In this document: positions 24,322-38,377 of the stretch, piece by piece
Position numbering within the stretch: the first letter of the stretch is position 1
How the letters are laid out: each line of letters starts with the position of its first letter
Assembly: GCA_951406725.2 (NCBI GenBank)
Contig: OX597824.1
Coordinates: forward strand, 24,490,001 to 24,554,000
Origin: Octopus vulgaris
Taxonomy: Eukaryota
Direction of reading: 5' to 3'
Length of the DNA stretch: 64,000 bases
Program-made: the position numbers and the translations under genes
Notes under the pieces: generated by a model
Told to the model about the DNA's origin: nothing
The model's database searches: none
The model's input: the letters and a program-made list of their open reading frames with translations, nothing else

Positions 24322-24890
24322 AGCAGCGAGCTGGTAGGAACGTTAGCACGCCGGGCGAAATGCTTAGCGGTATTTCGTCTGCCGTTACGTTCTGAGTTCA
24401 AATTCCGCCGAAGTCGACTTTGCCTTTCACCCTTTCGGGGTCGATTAAATAAGTACCAGTTACGCACTGGGGTTGATATAATCGACTTAATCCGTTTGTC
24501 TGTACTTGTTTGTTCTCTCTGTTTTTAGCCCCATGTGGGTAGTAAAGAAATAGGTATTTCGTCTGCCGCTACGTTCTGAGTTCAAATTCCGCCTTGGTTG
24601 ACTTTGCCTTTCATCCTTTCGGGGTCGATAAATTAAGTACCAGTTACGCACTGGGGTCTATGTAATCGACTTAATCCGTTTGTCTGTCCTTGTTTGTCCT
24701 CTCTGTGTTTAGCCCCTTGTGGGTAATAAAGAAATAGGTATTTCGTTTGTCTTTATCCAAGGTCGACTTTACCTTTCATCCTTTTGGGAGTCGATAAATT
24801 AAGTACCAGTTGCGTACTGGGATCGATTTAATCGACTGGCCCCTCACCAAAAATTTCGGGCTTTGTGCTTAGAGTAGAAAAGATTATTAT
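24322..24890 (+). mobile_element. SINE family B multimer (head, two 184-bp units, terminal unit)
   Basis: tatttcgt at 24371, 24555 and 24739; ends in the alternative tail gctttgtgcttagagtagaaaag. Confidence 0.9.
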
Positions 24891-24909
24891 TATTTGCTTT
24901 TATTTAAGG

Positions 24910-25412
24910 ATGCAAGCTGGTAGAATCGTTAGCACGCTGGACGGAATGCTTAGCGGCATTTCGCCCGTTTAAAGATGCTCTGAGTTCAAATTCGACCGAG
25001 GTTGACTTTGTCTTTAATCCAAACGGGGTCGATAAATTTAGTACTAGTGAAGCACTGGGGTCGATCTAATCGACTAGTCCCCTCCCGCCAAATCTGCCGA
25101 GGTCGAATTTGCCTTTCATCCTTTCGGAGTCGATAAAATAAGTACCAGTTGAACACAGGGGTTGATGTAATCGACTCATCTCCACTTCCCCAACCTGCAC
25201 TTTACAACAAGGTGGCGAGCTGGCACGATCGTTAGCATGCTGGACGAAATACTTAGCGGCATTTCGCCCCTCACTACGTTCTGAGTTCAAATTCCACCGA
25301 GGTTTGCCTTTCATCCTTTCGGAGTCGATAAATTAAGTACCATTCAAATACTAGGGTCGATGTGATCGACTATCCTCCTGACCCAAAATTTCAGGCCTCG
25401 TGTTTATAGTAG
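24910..25412 (+). mobile_element. Diverged SINE family B copies
   Basis: Heads at about 24910 and 25211, with cores and tails. Confidence 0.75.
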
Positions 25413-25419
25413 AAAGGAG

Positions 25420-26050
25420 CTTTGTCGAACAGCTGTTGATGCATGGAGGCGGATCCCGTTACCAGCCAAGTCCATCGTGAAGATCACATTGCCGCTTTCT
25501 TTTAGCCGAGAAGAAAAGGCAGTTTTTCTCTGTGTAGTGGCTATGGCGAAGGGGGTAGAGTAGCGGACGAGATTGAAAGGACTGAAGACGGGTACTTTCC
25601 CCTTCGGCAAAGCCCTCATCGACTTTTTCAAGTTCTACTTGAAAAAGAAAGTGAGGGTGGATAAGAAAGTTCTATCCCCACCCCACTCCGCCCCATCCTA
25701 CCCCAGTATTTTTATTGAAAAGGTGGGTGAATGTGGCGAGGATGACCCGTGTTAATGGGCCTATTCTGAACATTCGCATGTAAACCGGAGGAGTTGAGAA
25801 GGAGAGGGGCGCCCGTCTATGTTCACCTGGTAGTCGGGGTCACCAAATTGTGTGGTGTTCCTCAATTGTCTCTATGAGGAACTCCCATCTTTTAGTCGGG
25901 TAATCTTTTATTGTTTAATCTTTTTGTTTAATTATATTGTTAGTTGTTATTGTTATTTATTTTATACTCGACGTTGTTCCACACCTCACCTGTCCTTAGT
26001 GTTATATTGTCCCTATTTGTTTGGTGTTCAGCCCTTGTGTCCAACAAAAA
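25420..26050 (+). pseudogene. L1/Tx1-like LINE 3' end (ORF2 C-terminus and 3' UTR)
   Basis: Translates KAVFLCVVAMAKGVE*RTRLKGLKTGTFPFGKALIDFFKFYLKKKVRV, followed by a T-rich tail. Confidence 0.55.
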
Positions 26051-26109
26051 ATCCATTGTTATTATTTGATGAAAACTCTCAGTTTATTTTGCTGGGTATG
26101 ATGGAATGT

Positions 26110-26526
26110 GCCGGTTGTCCACAGCCAGTAGACTAAGGCAACACTTGTTTACTGGTCATGCTTCAAGAACCCCGCGAAGAATTCTTGCAATTCCAAGCAA
26201 TGCTGATTTTTGTAGGTGTTCTACCTTCACATTTGCACCTTTTTTTTTCAGCCATGTTCATAGTTGAGTGCTGATACTTCCAAGTGCACCAATTACTATT
26301 GGTATCACGTCTACTCTCTTCATTAACCACAACCTTCGTATTTCCCACTTAAAATCATCATAGTTGTTTATTTTTTCACCTTCTTTCACATTGATCCTGT
26401 TGTCACCGGATCATGCTTCAAAAACGTTGCCATGAATTTTTGCAGTTTCAAGCAATGCTGATTATTGTAGGTGTTCTACTTTTAAATTTGTACCAATCTT
26501 TTCGAGCCATATTGGTAATTCAGTGC
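26110..26526 (-). pseudogene. R4/Dong-like (restriction-like endonuclease) LINE 3' ends, two adjacent copies
   Basis: Minus strand EKINNYDDFKWEIRRLWLMKRVDVIPIVIGALG...LQKSALLGIARILRGVLEA*; second copy at 26411-26526. Confidence 0.8.
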
Positions 26527-26775
26527 CATGCCGGGAAAACTGTTTAGCGGCATTTCATACATCTTTACGATCTGAATTGAAATTCCGCCGAGGTCGACTC
26601 TACCTTTCATATTTCGGAGAACGAAGAATTAAGTACAGTTGAGTGACATGGTCGATATAATCGACTAACTTCTCTTCCAAAATTTCAGGCAAAAATATAT
26701 CAACCCACATGGTACGTTTCTACTCGTCCACGGTCTATAAACCTACAACCAATGCCATTTGGTGGTAAAAGGAAA

Positions 26776-27009
26776 GGTGGTGAGCTGGCAGAGTCATTAG
26801 CATGCCGGGCGAAATGCTTAGCGATATTTCGTCTGTCGTTACGTTGTGAGTTCAAATTCCGCCGAGGTTGACTTTGCCTTTCATCCTTTCGCGGTCGATT
26901 AAATAAGTACCAGTTACGCACTGGGGTCGATATAATCGATTTAATCCGTTTGTCTGTCCTTGTTTGTTCTCTCTGTGTTTAGCCCCTTGTGGGTAGTAAA
27001 GAAATAGGT
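26776..27009 (+). mobile_element. SINE family B monomer
   Basis: Head, core and tail ending aaagaaataggt. Confidence 0.9.
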
Positions 27010-27742
27010 AAAAGGAAAGGCATTGGTGACCAACCCTCGAGGATATAGGATACAAAGCACTAATCTAAGACGCTATAGAGTGGGATCATTCTTCAAGCGA
27101 CTTATCGGTAAATCGATATATTTATCTTAAAAGAAACGTCCTTGCTTGCGCCCTAGCAGGTATATATTGGCGTCTTAAATATTATACGCGCGAGCGCGTA
27201 TGTATGTGTGTGCGTGTGCGCGCGTATGTGTGTGTGTGTACGTGTGAGTGTGTCTATGTGTGTGTAGGAGTCACAACCGCTAGCTATCAAGACGAATTCG
27301 TGAGAAATAGAACATGTATCAGCACATGTTTTCATACGAATTCCAATGTTTGTGTGTGGTCAGTTTCGGCTTATCAAACAGAACATTATTACGCGACAAT
27401 CCGTCGTGACTATATCATTACTAGTAGTAGTAGTAGTAGTAGCAGTAGTAGTAGTAGCAGTAGTGATTTTTCCCACCTTAGGCTGGTTGGTAACAAGTCA
27501 ATAACACACACACACACACACACACACAAACAAAGTTACTTAATGTCAAACGAATGAGATAAGAGTACTCAATAATGTCGTAGAGGATATGACTTTCCAA
27601 ATTAAAATTGAAGCTGGAAGTTGTCACGCGACTCGAGTTTCACTTGCAATTAAAAAAAAATGTTAAACTAAGAATACACACACACACACTCACCCCCACA
27701 CACACACACACACTCCCCCCCCCCCCCCCACACACACACACA

Positions 27743-28167
27743 GGATCTTTTCGGTTTGAACGGCAGTTTTTAACATAATTTCTAGGTAACTAAAAAATTT
27801 TTAACTTCGTATACTGGTAGAATGTGTTTATAAAACATCTTTTTCTCTTGGCTTTATAGAGAAAATTCTATAGTTTGTAAGATATTTGTTGTTGTTGTTT
27901 TTCTTCAATTTCTGCAATTTCAACCAATCAGTGACGTCTATTGAGTTAAAAAGCATTCTGTGCCGTATGAATATGTCCCTCGTTTAAGAAACAGATTGGG
28001 TTTATTTACATTTGTGAAGAAAAAAAGATACCCTTCCCCCACCCCTAACCCTAACCCTAACCCTAAAAGAGATTGAAATGCAATAGATCGATTCTAGGGT
28101 CATAATTATGGATGACAATTTCATATGACACCGCTAGAAAAAACTGCCGTTCAAACCGAAAAGATCC
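27743..28167. mobile_element. Non-autonomous TIR DNA transposon (MITE) with internal (CCCTAA)4
   Basis: TIRs ggatcttttcggtttgaacggcagttttt at both ends; telomeric hexamers at 28043-28066. Confidence 0.9.
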
Positions 28168-28394
28168 CCCCCACACACACACACACATATATATATATGT
28201 ATGTGTACGCACACATACATACACATAGAAATAGTGTGTGCGCGCCCATGTTATCTCTGGTTGAATACCGTTGTAGATTTGTCTTTCAATGATATATTTA
28301 CATTAAGTATGATTCACACACACGTAACTCAGTTTTTGAAACGGTGAAACTCGAAGCAAATAAAACTATAAATAATTCTCATTTTATTTCTTAT

Positions 28395-29505
28395 TTCTTT
28401 ATTGTTACAAGGGGCTAGACATAGAGGGGACAAACAAGGACAGACAAATGGATTAAGTCGATTACATCGACCCCAGTGTGTAACTGGTACTTAATTTATC
28501 GATCCCGAAAAGATGAAAGGCAAAGTCGACCTCGGCGGAATTTGAACTCAGAAAGTAGCGGCAGACGAAGTACCACTAATCATTTCTCCCAGTGTGCTAA
28601 CGTTTCTGCCAGCAAGTCGCCTTATCTATAAATAATTCTCGTCGCCTTATCTATAAATAATTCTTTCTGCTATAAGCACAATGTCTGGAATTTGTTGGGA
28701 GGGGGATAGTCGATCACAACGGCCCTAGTACTTAATTTATCGACTTCTCCTCCCACAAGGGATGAAAGGCAAAGTCAACTACAGCGGAATTTGAACTCAG
28801 AATGTAAAGACAGACAAAATGTCGCTAAGCATATTGCCGTTTTAAAGATTCTGTCAGCTCGGCGCCTTAAAAAACCTATAAATAATCCTTTCTTCTGAAG
28901 GCACAAGGCCTGAAATTTGTGGGGTGGGGACTAGTCAATTACAACCGACCCCAGTGTTTCACTGGTACTTAATTTATCGACCCCGAAAGGATAAAAGTCG
29001 AAGTCGACCGCGGCGGAATTTGAACTCAGAACGTAAAGACAGGCGAAATACCTATTTCTTTATTACCCACAAGGGGCAAAACACAGAGGGGACAAACAAG
29101 GACAGACAAACGGATCAAATCGATTAGATTGACCCCAGTGCGTAACTGGTACTTATTTAATCGACGGCGAAAGGATGAAAGGCAAAGTTGACCTCGGCTG
29201 AATTTGAACTCAGAACGTAAAGACAGACGAAACACCGCTAAGCATTTCGCCCGGCGTGCTAACGTTTCAGCCAGATCGCCGCCTTAATTAACCACAAGGG
29301 GCTAAACATAGAGGGGACAAACAAAGACAAAGGGATTAAGTCGATTACATCGACCCCAGTGCGTAACTGGTACTTAATTTTTCGACCCCGAAAGGATGAA
29401 AGGCAAAGTCGGCCTCGGCGGAATTTGAACTCAGATCACAGCGGCGGACGAAATACTACAAAGCATTTCGCCCGGCGTGCTAACATTTCTACCTGCTCGC
29501 AGCCT
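28395..29505 (-). mobile_element. Four consecutive SINE family B insertions
   Basis: Heads ending near 28623, 28868, 29284 and 29505, all on the minus strand. Confidence 0.85.
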
Positions 29506-30704
29506 GATTAACCTATAAATAGTAGCGTGTAAATATTGGGTGAAAAATCCTTTCGGATAGAGACAATCGAAGGCTGTCATGTGTTCAGAAGATGCGGGTT
29601 CAAGTCCGAAATGCAGCCTTCGACTTTACGCTACATTCGAATTACACCAAAATGGAATTATTTCACGTTCTCTCGAATTTTCTATATTCTTATGACGTCA
29701 ATAACACACACTTATGTTGAGGGAGTGAGGTGGGGGGGAAATGCCCAGCTTAGATCTGAAAGGAAGCTTAACGCGTAAAACGTATTTGCGGGAGTCTTGA
29801 TTTCTCACATAGGCTAAAGACGTCAAAGTTTGGGGCGAAGAAATAGTCTGTGGCATCGACCCGTTCCCATACTTATTTAGCACTTTTTTTTAAATCGTCC
29901 CCGATAGTTGAAAGACGAAGTTGATCTCAGCGGAAGTTGATATGACACTGAGTTCAGTCCCACAGCATGGCACCTTGGACAAGTGTCTTCTACTATAGCC
30001 TGGTGCCAGCCAAAGCTTTATGTGTGGATTTGGTAGACGGATACTGAAAGAAGCTCGTCGTTGCATCTGGTATTATTGCAATATTCCACGCCCACTAATG
30101 AGCAGTGCTTCATGGTTACGAAACAATTGTCGCAATAATAAATTGCTCCTTGTCACACTCCGTCTTCTCTGATATATATGTATATATATATACAAGCAGA
30201 TGGATTTAGCTTCACTTGAATTATAAACTCATAGCCTAGACATGGAACTGTTTGCCTGTAGTGTAAGATTTGTGTATTTCTCAGAAAATAATACTTACTT
30301 TTAATACGCAAGAACACAGGTCCTGAAATGAAATAGAAGCGGTTATGCATAGGGAGAGTTTACGAAAAAAAACAAAAGACGAAGACAGGTGGTGTAGAAA
30401 ACAAACAGATCTATTAGTATAACGCTCAGGAATAGAAAAAGTCTTTTACATTTCGAGCCTACGCTCTTTTGCATAGGGACTAGGCTTTGAAAAAAATAAG
30501 TTCTGAAGTCGATTTGTTCGACTAAGTCTCGTCAAAGCGGTGCTCCAGCATGGCCGCAGTCAAATGACTGAACCAAGTAAAAGAATAAACGAATAATTTA
30601 TGTTATTTTGTCCGGTACTCTCATGAAATCGATGATGCACTTAAAAAAAGTTATAATTCGGAATAAAAATTAAATTTGTTCAAATGAAAGAGACACGAAG
30701 ATTA

Positions 30705-31409
<705 letters not shown>

Positions 31410-31670
31410 TGGAGAACGGTAGTTTGCTTCAAAGTGTGGAGGTGGAGAGTAATTTTAAGGACGCGCGTGCAGTAATGTTGATTAAAATGAAGTTGAGAAG
31501 TTCAAATGAAGGCCGGCGGCGAAGTACAGATTTGAGAAAAATTCCTTTCAACCAACAACAAATACACTCACACATGCAAACACATGACAATCATGTACTC
31601 TTCCACACAAATACTTAAAAAATATTTACATACAAATATTTTCACACCCACACGAGTTCACGAACTGACA

Positions 31671-31702
<32 letters not shown>

Positions 31703-31868
31703 TATGTTATCTTCTGATTGTGTGCAACACTCCCAAAAATAATGTCGATTCACTTCTTCGTATGAAGTACTGAATGAATGAATGAAAGAAAAGGAAGGAC
31801 AGTTATATTCTCTCGCGTTACCTTCTCTCCCGCTTCCCCATCTCTCTCTCTTTCTCTCTGCCTGTCTG

Positions 31869-31904
<36 letters not shown>

Positions 31905-32263
31905 GTTCTTTCCCTCTCTCTCTCTTCTTCAGGCCACTGGTGATGTCCTCCAATTTCGAACGCGATTTGACATTCCCAAGTATATTTTTGTGTTATTTTT
32001 ATTCGTTTAGTTCCAGTTATTTTTTTCTGCAGTCATGCTGGAGCACCGCCTTAAATTTTTAGTCGAATGAATCGACCCCAGGACTTATTTTTTAAGCCTA
32101 GTACTTATTCTTCCCCGTTGACAGGCCCCTTATATGTGTGGTTACGTTGGATTATATGGATAAGGTCAATTAGGTAAATGAATGGAGGCGTTTTGGATTG
32201 ATGGTATGGCTGTTATTGTATGTGCGAAATTGTTTTATAAGGCATTCATTTGATATATATATA

Positions 32264-32659
32264 CTAGCAGTATCGCCCGGCGTTGCTCGGGTTTGTTAGG
32301 GAAATAACTATATAAGCATTTTTAGAGAGTTATAGCCAAAAATTAGCAAAAAAATGTATTAAAAATGGGAAAAAAATGATGGTAAATTTTTTTTTTAATC
32401 GTTGACTCATCGTAGACATTTTTAGAGAGTTACTTCCCTTATATAATAGCGAAAAATGCATTAAAATGGAAAAAAATGATGGTAATTTTTTTTTAAATCG
32501 TAGACTCATCGTAGACGCGCGCTAATACCCAGAAGGGCTCGATATGAATCACGACTATAAGATACCCGGTTTTGGTTAAACGGCACCGCAAAATGTGGGA
32601 GTAGTTAGGAATCTAAATCGTAGGAGACAGACACACAACTTGACTTTTATATATAAAGA
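32264..32659 (-). mobile_element. Non-autonomous Helitron
   Basis: Minus strand 5' TC...CTAG 3', subterminal hairpin cccgagcaacgccggg, A|T insertion site; sister copy at 35528. Confidence 0.85.
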
Positions 32660-32664
32660 TATAT

Positions 32665-32699
<35 letters not shown>

Positions 32700-32795
32700 G
32701 GTGAGAATTCACAAAAAAAAAAAAACAAAAGAGGAAGACAGGTGGTGTAGACAGCAACCAGATGTATTAGTTTAACACTCGCGAAGTGAAAAAGA

Positions 32796-32831
32796 CTTTA
32801 ACGTTTCGAGCTTACGCTCTTCCACAGAAAG
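32796..32831 (-). ncRNA. Minimal hammerhead-like motif, CUGUGGA core variant
   Basis: cuuu CUGUGGA a gagc guaa gcuc GAA ACGU U aaag. Confidence 0.55.
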
Positions 32832-33232
32832 AAACACAGAACGAAACAGCGATAGAAAATAAAGAATGTGTAGTGGCTAGCGATCTATCATGGCGAATTA
32901 TATATATATATATATATACACATATACATACTTACACACACACACACATATATATATATATGCACACAGACACACATATACATACATACATACATACATC
33001 GTTGACGATTTTCTTGTAGCGTCGGTGTTTGTCCCTCGACCATCGCTTGATAACCGATGCTGGTGTGTTTACATCCCCGTAACTTAGCAGTTCGGCAAAA
33101 GACGCCAATAGAAAGGCTTACAAAGAATAAGTCCTGGAGTCGATTTTTTACAACTAAAGGCGGTGCTCCAGCATGGCCGCAGTCAAATGACTGAAAGAAA
33201 GGAATAAAAGAGTATGTCTGTGTGTGCGTGTA

Positions 33233-33279
<47 letters not shown>

Positions 33280-33282
33280 TAG

Positions 33283-33333
<51 letters not shown>

Positions 33334-33656
33334 ATCTCAACACGTGGAACCGTTAATCCCGACAGATCTTTTTCTCCCCGGTTTCTTTTTCTCCTTCTCT
33401 CCAACCTATCCCGTGAACCCCTTCTGTCGATGAGAGTAGGCTCTAAACGTCAATAACTTTTCCATTCTTCCCGAGCGTCATACTAATACACCTGCTTGTT
33501 GTTTTCTCACCTGTCGTCGTCTTTTATTTTCTGTACATTTCAACTATCTGTGTGTGTGGGTGTGTGTGTGTGTATACATATACACTGCACAAAAATGTTA
33601 ACACCAAAATCTGATATTGACCCCAGAAACCATTTATGGACACCGGTTTAATCAAA

Positions 33657-34073
33657 GGCGGCGAGCTGGCAGAATCGTTAGCACGCCGGGCGAAATACTT
33701 AGCGGTATTTCGTCCGCCGCTGCATTCTGAGTTCAAATTCCGCCGAGGTCGACTTTGCCTTTCATCCTTTCGGGGTCGATAAATTAAGTACCAGTCACGC
33801 ACTGGGGTCGATGTAATCGACTTAATACCTATGTCTGTCCATGTTTGTCCCCTCTATGTTTAGCCCCTTGTGGGTAATAAAGAAATAGGTATTTCGTCTG
33901 CGTTACGTTCTGAGTTCAAATTCCGCTGAGGTCAACTTTGCCTTTCATCCTTTCGGGGTCGATAAATTAAGTACCAGTTACGCACTGGGGTCGATGTAAT
34001 CGACTTAATACCTATGTCTGTCCTTGTTTGTCCTCTCTGTGTTTAGCCCCTTGTGAGTAATAAAGAAATAGGT
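33657..34073 (+). mobile_element. SINE family B dimer
   Basis: Head plus two units (tatttcgtc at 33706 and 33890). Confidence 0.9.
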
Positions 34074-34321
34074 TTAATCAAATTTTATTCACTATTACTA
34101 ATTCTCAAGATTCACATTTAAAGAAGAGTCCCATATTTGCTAATTAGGCAGAATTACGACGGGAGATAGAATGAAAGGCATTCGCGTCTCAATATGGCTA
34201 TCCCATTGGAACATCAATTTATACCACAACAAGGTCCAGTCCTTGTTCTGCAGTGGCTTGTATGTCTCAGTGATTTTAACAGCTATTTCAGCAAAACACA
34301 AGCTCCTTGTAGGGCCTGCTC

Positions 34322-34744
34322 GGATCTTTTCGGTTTGAACAGCAGTTTTTAACATAATTTCTAGGTAACTAAAAAATCTTAAACTTCGTATACTGGTAGA
34401 ATGTGTTTATAAAACATCTTTTTCTCTTGGCTTTATTGAGAAAATGCTATAGTTTGTAAGATATTTGTTGTTTTTTTCTTCAATTTCTGCAATTTCAACC
34501 AATCAATGACATTCATTGAGGTAAAAAACATTCTGTGTCGTATGAATATGTCCCTCGTTTAAGAAACAGATTGGGTTTATTTACATTTGTGAAGAAAAAA
34601 AGATACCCTTCCCCCACCCTTAACCCTAACCCTAACCCTAAAAGAGATTGAAATGCAATAGATCGATACTAGGGTCATAATTATAGGTGACAATTTCATA
34701 TGACACCGCTAGAAAATAAACTGCCGCTCAAACCGAAAAGATCC
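34322..34744. mobile_element. Second full copy of the telomeric-repeat TIR element
   Basis: Same TIRs; CCCTAA repeats at 34618-34641; possible 9-bp TSD ggcctgctc / gcactgctc. Confidence 0.9.
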
Positions 34745-35276
34745 GCACTGCTCTGCTGGACAGGCCAAAAGATGTACGGCGAGCTTCCACACAGTTTCCG
34801 TCTGTAAAACTTACTTTCGAGGAATTAATCGGTCCAGAGCTACAGCAAAAAGCATTTGCCCAAAGTAAGCGCTGTGGAAGTAAACCAGAACTCACGTGGC
34901 AGTAAAGATCTTTTCGACCACACAGCCCTCTAAACGCGTACAAACCCAACCCAAGTCCTTTTGTTCCTCTCTACGGCGCACCTCTCCGTCATTTGAATTC
35001 AGTTCGGCGCCGCGAACGAATAAAACAGTCGTGGGTGTATATGTTGCTTGTTGTATTTTGCCGCAACAAACAAACAAAAATTGTGAACTACTTCACCCCG
35101 TGGGACTTTGTTTCGAGTTAGGTTGACTGAATGGGCTGAGTGCTTGGAATTAAGCAACGCATAATATATGCAGATGGTACTTTGTAAAACGATTATGTTG
35201 GTTGACGAAAACATCAAAATACAATTGCACTGCGTGTGTGCGTGCGTGCGTGCGTGCGTGTGTGTGTTTGTTTGTT

Positions 35277-35382
<106 letters not shown>

Positions 35383-35485
35383 TAATTGGCAAGTTACTGT
35401 TTGTTCTAAATTATATATATATATATATATAGATAATCCTCTATTTACCTAATATCGAATGGAGGTTTCATTCTTTTGTTGTCAC

Positions 35486-35525
<40 letters not shown>

Positions 35526-35527
35526 TA

Positions 35528-36042
35528 CTAGCAGTATCGCCCGGCGTTGCTCGGGTTTGTAAGGGAAATAACTATATAAGCATTTTTAGAGAGTTACTTC
35601 CTTTATAGATGCCAATTCGGGCTTTCTTAGCCATTTCTGTTTTGGTGTCTTCAAGCCATGAAGTCGTTGTTCTAAAAGAACGCTGGTCTCCTTGACAACG
35701 CTTTACGACGTTGATTTCCTTACACTCCCTTCCCCACAGCTTCACGAGGGAGGGAAGAAGGGGGAGAAGCAAACACAGGTGCAGGTGTGACCATGGACGC
35801 CAACTCCGCCGCCATCGACACACGAAAAATTATGCATTAAAATGGAATAAAAAATGATGTTGAATTATTTTTTAAATCGTAGACTCATCGTAGACGCGCG
35901 CTAATACTCAGGCGGGCTCGATATGAATCACGACTATAAGATACCCGAATTTGGTTAAACTGCACCGCAAAATGTGGGAGTAGTTAGGAATCTAAATCGA
36001 AGGGGACAGACACTCACACAACTACAGTTTTATATATATAGA
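35528..36042 (-). mobile_element. Non-autonomous Helitron with a different internal segment
   Basis: Termini closely match 32264-32659; segment 35605-35825 is absent from that copy. Confidence 0.85.
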
Positions 36043-36096
36043 TATACATATACATACATACACACACACACACATATATATATATACATATATATG

Positions 36097-36217
<121 letters not shown>

Positions 36218-36240
36218 ATATATAGATAGATAGATATATA

Positions 36241-37030
36241 CAGGCTGCGGTGAATAAATTGTGGTCTAAATTATGGAAAAATGAAAATAACACTGACATC
36301 ACATTTTAAGAGATATATTTACCAAAGTTACATTAAAATATCTTGAAATACTAACGAATAAATTTATCCAATAAAATCGCCATTGGCTTCAACCACGGCC
36401 TCTGGACGACTTCGGAATCTCCTGCAACTCTCCTGGAATGGTTGGTCTTGTTTAAGTTGGTGAATGCTGCCATAATCCTTACCTTCAGTTCATATTTGAT
36501 GTTACTAGGATTTTTGTTGGTCTCTCGCTCAACCTCGCCCCACACATAATAATCAATGATGTTGTAGTCTGGGGAGTTAGGTGGCCAAATGTTAAGGGTG
36601 ATGTGGTCGCAGAAATTGTCTGACAGCCATGATTGGGGTCTCCTGCTTGTGTGGCATGGTGCAGAGTCCTGTTGACAGATATAGGATCTTCCACCCTCTT
36701 GACCCAGGGCAGCACTACTTCCTCCAGGCACTTGATGTAGGCCACTGTGTTGAGTCTGAGGCCGTGTGGGAAAATGAATGGAGGCATAACGTCGCCGTCA
36801 CTAGTGTTCACTCCAAACACCATGATGTTGACTGGATGTTTGATTATTATCACTCTTGGTACAATGTTTTGGGGACTCAGATTTACACACAACACTCTGA
36901 AATATTCGAACTGGAATTTCTGGCGCGAATGTCAAGCAGTACAAGCATGTCGCTTCCAAATTTCTGGCAGAGTGAATATCGTCATTTTGATGTTTTTCTC
37001 GAAGACGGTGCCCAACTGATCCTACTATAA
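36241..37030 (-). mobile_element. Internally deleted maT-family (DD37D) Tc1/mariner transposon
   Basis: IMVFG..SDG, then QQDSAPCH...WPPNSPDYNIIDYYVW with 37 residues between the last two Asp; frameshifted; TA-CAGG terminus at 36239-36244. Confidence 0.85.
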
Positions 37031-37110
37031 TACAGTTCTATATTTAGGAGATATACATTATTTACATTATATGTATTTGACGGATATTTTTCCTCATCTT
37101 GTTTGTTGTT

Positions 37111-37156
37111 AACACAACGTTTCGGCTGATATACCCTCCAGCCTTCATCAGGTGTC
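37111..37156 (-). ncRNA. Minimal type I hammerhead ribozyme motif
   Basis: gacac CUGAUGA a ggcugg aggguaua ucagcc GAA ACGU U guguu: canonical core, 5-bp stem I, palindromic stem III. Confidence 0.75.
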
Positions 37157-37807
37157 TTGGGGAAATTTCGAACCTGGGTTCTCATTCCTATGGTATATTT
37201 CGATGTTGCTGTTATTGTTGTTTTTGTTGTTGTTGTTGTTATTATTAAGGGCGCACGCACACACGCACGCACATATACATAATATCTTATCTCTGGGCGA
37301 ACGCAGTAACTGACCTATCAACATAGTACCTACTTTAAGTATGATACATAGATAGCTATTTTAATGGCCCGAGTGCGTATCCCGGATACACAAAATAGTT
37401 CAGTGTCTTCAAGTGATCACAAGACACAAAAATCACGGAAAGCGGAAAGATTGTTTACATTGTCATTTGTGCTAGATAACACACTCACGTGATTTGTCGT
37501 TGTTTCACTTTTATCTTTTATCTTTTACTCGTTTCAGTCATTTGACTGCGGCCATGCTGGGGCACCGCAATGAAAGATATTAGTCGAACAAATCGACCTC
37601 CAGGAGTTCATTTTTTTTTTGAAGCCTAGAACTTATTCTATTGGGATCTTTTGCCGAACCGCTGACGATATGGGTACACGCAAGCACACCAGCACGTATA
37701 CAAAAACAAGGACGGAAAAGACGGACAATGTTACACAAATATAAATACAATAAAAAAATACAATATATATATAGCGACGTACGTACACTTTGTTCTCTCT
37801 CTCTCTT

Positions 37808-37890
<83 letters not shown>

Positions 37891-37891
<1 letters not shown>

Positions 37892-38226
37892 GCAGGAGTG
37901 GCTGTGTGGTAAGTAGCTTGCTAACCAGCCACATGGTTCCGGGTTCAGTCCCACTGCGTGGCAACTTGGGCAAGTGTCTTCTGCTATAGCCCCGGGCCGA
38001 CCAATGCCTTGTGAGTGGATTTGGTGGACGGAAACTGAAAGAAGCCTGTCGTATATATGTATATATATATAAGTGTGTGTGTATATGTTTGTGTATCTGT
38101 GTTTGTCCCCCTAGCATTGCTTGACAACCGATGCTGGTGTGTTTACGTCCCCGACACTTAGCGGTTCGGCAAAAGAGACCGATAGAATAAGTACTGGGCT
38201 TACAAAGAATAAGTCCCGGGGTCGAT
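37891..38226 (+). mobile_element. SINE family A (3' end lost in microsatellite)
   Basis: Head and body match 46016-46424. Confidence 0.85.
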
Positions 38227-38259
38227 ATATATGTGTGAGTGTGTGTATAAATAGATATG

Positions 38260-38297
<38 letters not shown>

Positions 38298-38377
38298 TGT
38301 ATATATAAATATGCATGTATGTTTATTTGTATGTATGTATGTATGTATGTATGTATGCATGCATGCATCTATGCATA

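Noticed and set aside
28043-28066. Telomere or telomerase-RNA template
   Set aside because: Only four hexamers, embedded in a multicopy TIR element
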